From contig JBNKHG010000057.1 of the NCBI GenBank assembly GCA_050290225.1, positions 46,932-110,931 of the forward strand: a stretch of DNA of 64,000 nt, in the 5' to 3' direction. The DNA is from Cellvibrionaceae bacterium. GTDB taxonomy: Bacteria > Pseudomonadota > Gammaproteobacteria > Pseudomonadales > Cellvibrionaceae. Position numbers and translations under genes: made by a program. The notes under the pieces are model-generated. The model had not been told where the DNA came from and ran no database searches. It saw nothing but the letters and a program-made list of their open reading frames with translations. This document shows, one piece after another, positions 62,533-64,000 of the stretch (positions within the stretch are counted from its first letter, which is position 1; each line of letters begins with the position of its first letter).

Positions 62533-62618
62533 CTGCGAGCGCTTTTTGAAGATAGTTGCGAGCGCTTTTTGAAGATAGCTGCGAGCGCTTTTTGAAGATG
62601 GCTGCGAGCGCTTTTTGA
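62527..62618. repeat. Four tandem 23-nt repeats (AGATAGCTGCGAGCGCTTTTTGA), starting on the halogenase stop codon
   Basis: Units lie at 62527-62549, 62550-62572, 62573-62595 and 62596-62618, with 0-1 mismatch each. A fifth, degenerate unit (AGGGTTGCCGCGGGCGC...) merges into repeat copy D. Confidence 0.95.
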
Positions 62619-62740
62619 AGGGTTGCCGCGGGCGCGACGACCTATCGCACACGGTTTCTGATGGCACCCCTGCCACTCAGGCCCGGCATCTCAGTTGGTT
62701 CGCAGAGCCAATGTGTCATTATCAGATTGAAAGAGTACTG
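62619..62740 (+). repeat. Dispersed intergenic repeat element, copy D
   Basis: The best match is to copy C (a 33-nt core with about 4 differences, plus a 24-nt tail). Its 5' end TTGAAGGGTTGCCGCGGGCGCGAC resembles the starts of copies A and B. Confidence 0.6.
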
Positions 62741-62849
62741 GTGACTGGCGGGGAAAACAAAAGCCGTCTGTAGGGGTGGTTGTTTTTGCGCTTAACCGAT
62801 TTCGTTCCCTGAAGTCGGTTATCGTCATGGTCGTTGCCGCTCCGCGTTG

Positions 62850-64000
62850 TTATTCCGGCACAGTCGCCGGCTTCTCAGCTGGCAGCAACTTTTTTTCTTC
62901 CACAACTTTCAGGTTGATAAATTTCACCGAAATAGCGGCCAGGATAAGCAGTATCCCTGAGGCCTGAATGGCCTTGGTGGGGTCGCCGCCAAGCCAGCTG
63001 TTGTAGAAAAGTGGTACCGTAAAACTCTGTAAAATCATGGGTATGACAATGAACATATTGAAAATGCCCATATACACACCGGTTTTTTCCTTGGGGATAA
63101 CGCCCGCCAGCATCACATAGGTATTGCCCATCATACTTGCCCAGCAGAAGCCGAGCCCCAGCATGGGGATATAGACCATCGTGGGATCGGAGATGGACGG
63201 CAGGTTAAACAGGCCTACACCGGCCAATAACAGGCAGAAACTGTGAACAAGCTTGACCCCGAAACGGTTGGCCAGGTAAACCAGGAAAAAGGCGCCGACA
63301 AAGGCGACAAAATTGTAAAAGGCACCAATTTGCCCTACTAGCAACTCCGCGTTTCGGAACCCCGGGCTGGTTACATCGGAATTGCCGTAGATGGAAACGG
63401 AAAGACACTTGGCAATATAGATCCAGTACATAAACAGCGCATACCAGCTAAACAGCATCATCGGCATCATCTGTTTCATCGCCAAGGGCATATCCCTGAT
63501 GGCTTCACCGATATCCGCAAAAGTGGCAGCTACGCCCCGAGGGGATTTTTGGATTTCCGCCTTTTCCTCGTCGGTCAGAGGAATTTCCTTGGTGGTTTTC
63601 AGCGTCCATAAGATGGAAACCAATGTCACCACCGAGCCAAATATAAAGGCAAACAGCGTAGTGAGAGGGATATGGTTGCCGTTCGTCGCTGTTTTGCTCA
63701 TCCCAAAGAGTATTAGCAGGGTGGGCGTCAGATAGGCCAGGGTTTGTCCCAGTCCGGTAAAGGCACTTTGGGTCAGGTAGCCTATGGAATGCTGCTTTTT
63801 ATCCAGCTTGTCGCTTACAAACGCGCGGTAGGGCTCCATGGTCACATTGTTGGCGGCATCCAGAATCCACAGTAGGCTGGCCGCCATCCACACGGCACTG
63901 CTGTAGGGCATGGCAAACAGACAGATACTGCAAATAATGGCACCAATCAGGAAGTAGGGGGTGCGCCGTCCCCAGCGGGTGATGGTCTTATCGCTGAGTG
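62850..64000 (-). CDS. MFS sugar transporter (GPH/SLC45-like), N-terminus outside the window
   Basis: The frame is open to the window edge (…RWGRRTPYFLIGAIICSICLFAMPYSSAVWMAASLLWILDAANNVTMEPYRAFVSDKL…), with multiple TM helices. Confidence 0.85.
   Translation of the reverse strand, partial: LSDKTITRWGRRTPYFLIGAIICSICLFAMPYSSAVWMAASLLWILDAANNVTMEPYRAFVSDKLDKKQHSIGYLTQSAFTGLGQTLAYLTPTLLILFGMSKTATNGNHIPLTTLFAFIFGSVVTLVSILWTLKTTKEIPLTDEEKAEIQKSPRGVAATFADIGEAIRDMPLAMKQMMPMMLFSWYALFMYWIYIAKCLSVSIYGNSDVTSPGFRNAELLVGQIGAFYNFVAFVGAFFLVYLANRFGVKLVHSFCLLLAGVGLFNLPSISDPTMVYIPMLGLGFCWASMMGNTYVMLAGVIPKEKTGVYMGIFNMFIVIPMILQSFTVPLFYNSWLGGDPTKAIQASGILLILAAISVKFINLKVVEEKKLLPAEKPATVPE

Noticed and set aside
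62527-62640. A possible CRISPR array
   Set aside because: The 23-nt units are directly abutting with no spacers, number only 4-5 and have no cas genes nearby. This is a plain tandem repeat.

Overview
This 64 kb window looks like chromosomal DNA from a moderately GC-rich Gammaproteobacterium, probably marine. That placement is inferred from gene content: ectoine, PQQ, and TonB receptor/SapC/halogenase loci. About 45 protein genes are supportable. I recognised no rRNA, tRNA, CRISPR array, transposase or integrase. In order, the window contains: (1) an extended ectoine/hydroxyectoine operon, ectA(partial)-ectB-[300 nt repeat element]-ectC-ectD-DksA/TraR zinc finger-ask-methyltransferase-SSS transporter; (2) about 690 nt of repeat-rich non-coding DNA; (3) a small catabolic-looking cluster (Ldh_2 oxidoreductase, threonine-dehydratase-like PLP enzyme, M24 hydrolase, amidase) with a fused double TetR regulator; (4) a gene-decay zone; (5) pgi plus a contiguous seven-gene glycogen block, malQ-glgB-glgX-glgP-glgC-pgm-glgA; (6) a two-subunit molybdenum hydroxylase with xdhC; (7) an AT-rich islet holding a secreted FG-GAP/LRR repeat protein and a CatB/Vat-type acetyltransferase; (8) an O-methyltransferase and a TonB-dependent receptor; (9) an ErbR/AgmR-like regulator with two hybrid histidine kinases and a FIST protein, next to pqqABCDE and an ExaC-like aldehyde dehydrogenase; (10) a ROK regulator-TonB receptor-SapC-flavin halogenase-MFS sugar-uptake-type locus. 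The features least explained by standard annotation are as follows. First, a degenerate dispersed intergenic repeat family with at least four copies; two of these are preceded by tandem arrays of the element's own 5' motif, and a heptamer array elsewhere may be related. Second, the extra genes packed into the ect operon. Third, a possible non-orthologous ectoine/hydroxyectoine catabolic module. Fourth, two candidate slipped-strand loci, a G9 tract and a (GCTTCAA)n array. All functional calls come from reading the translations and motifs by eye. No database search was run.
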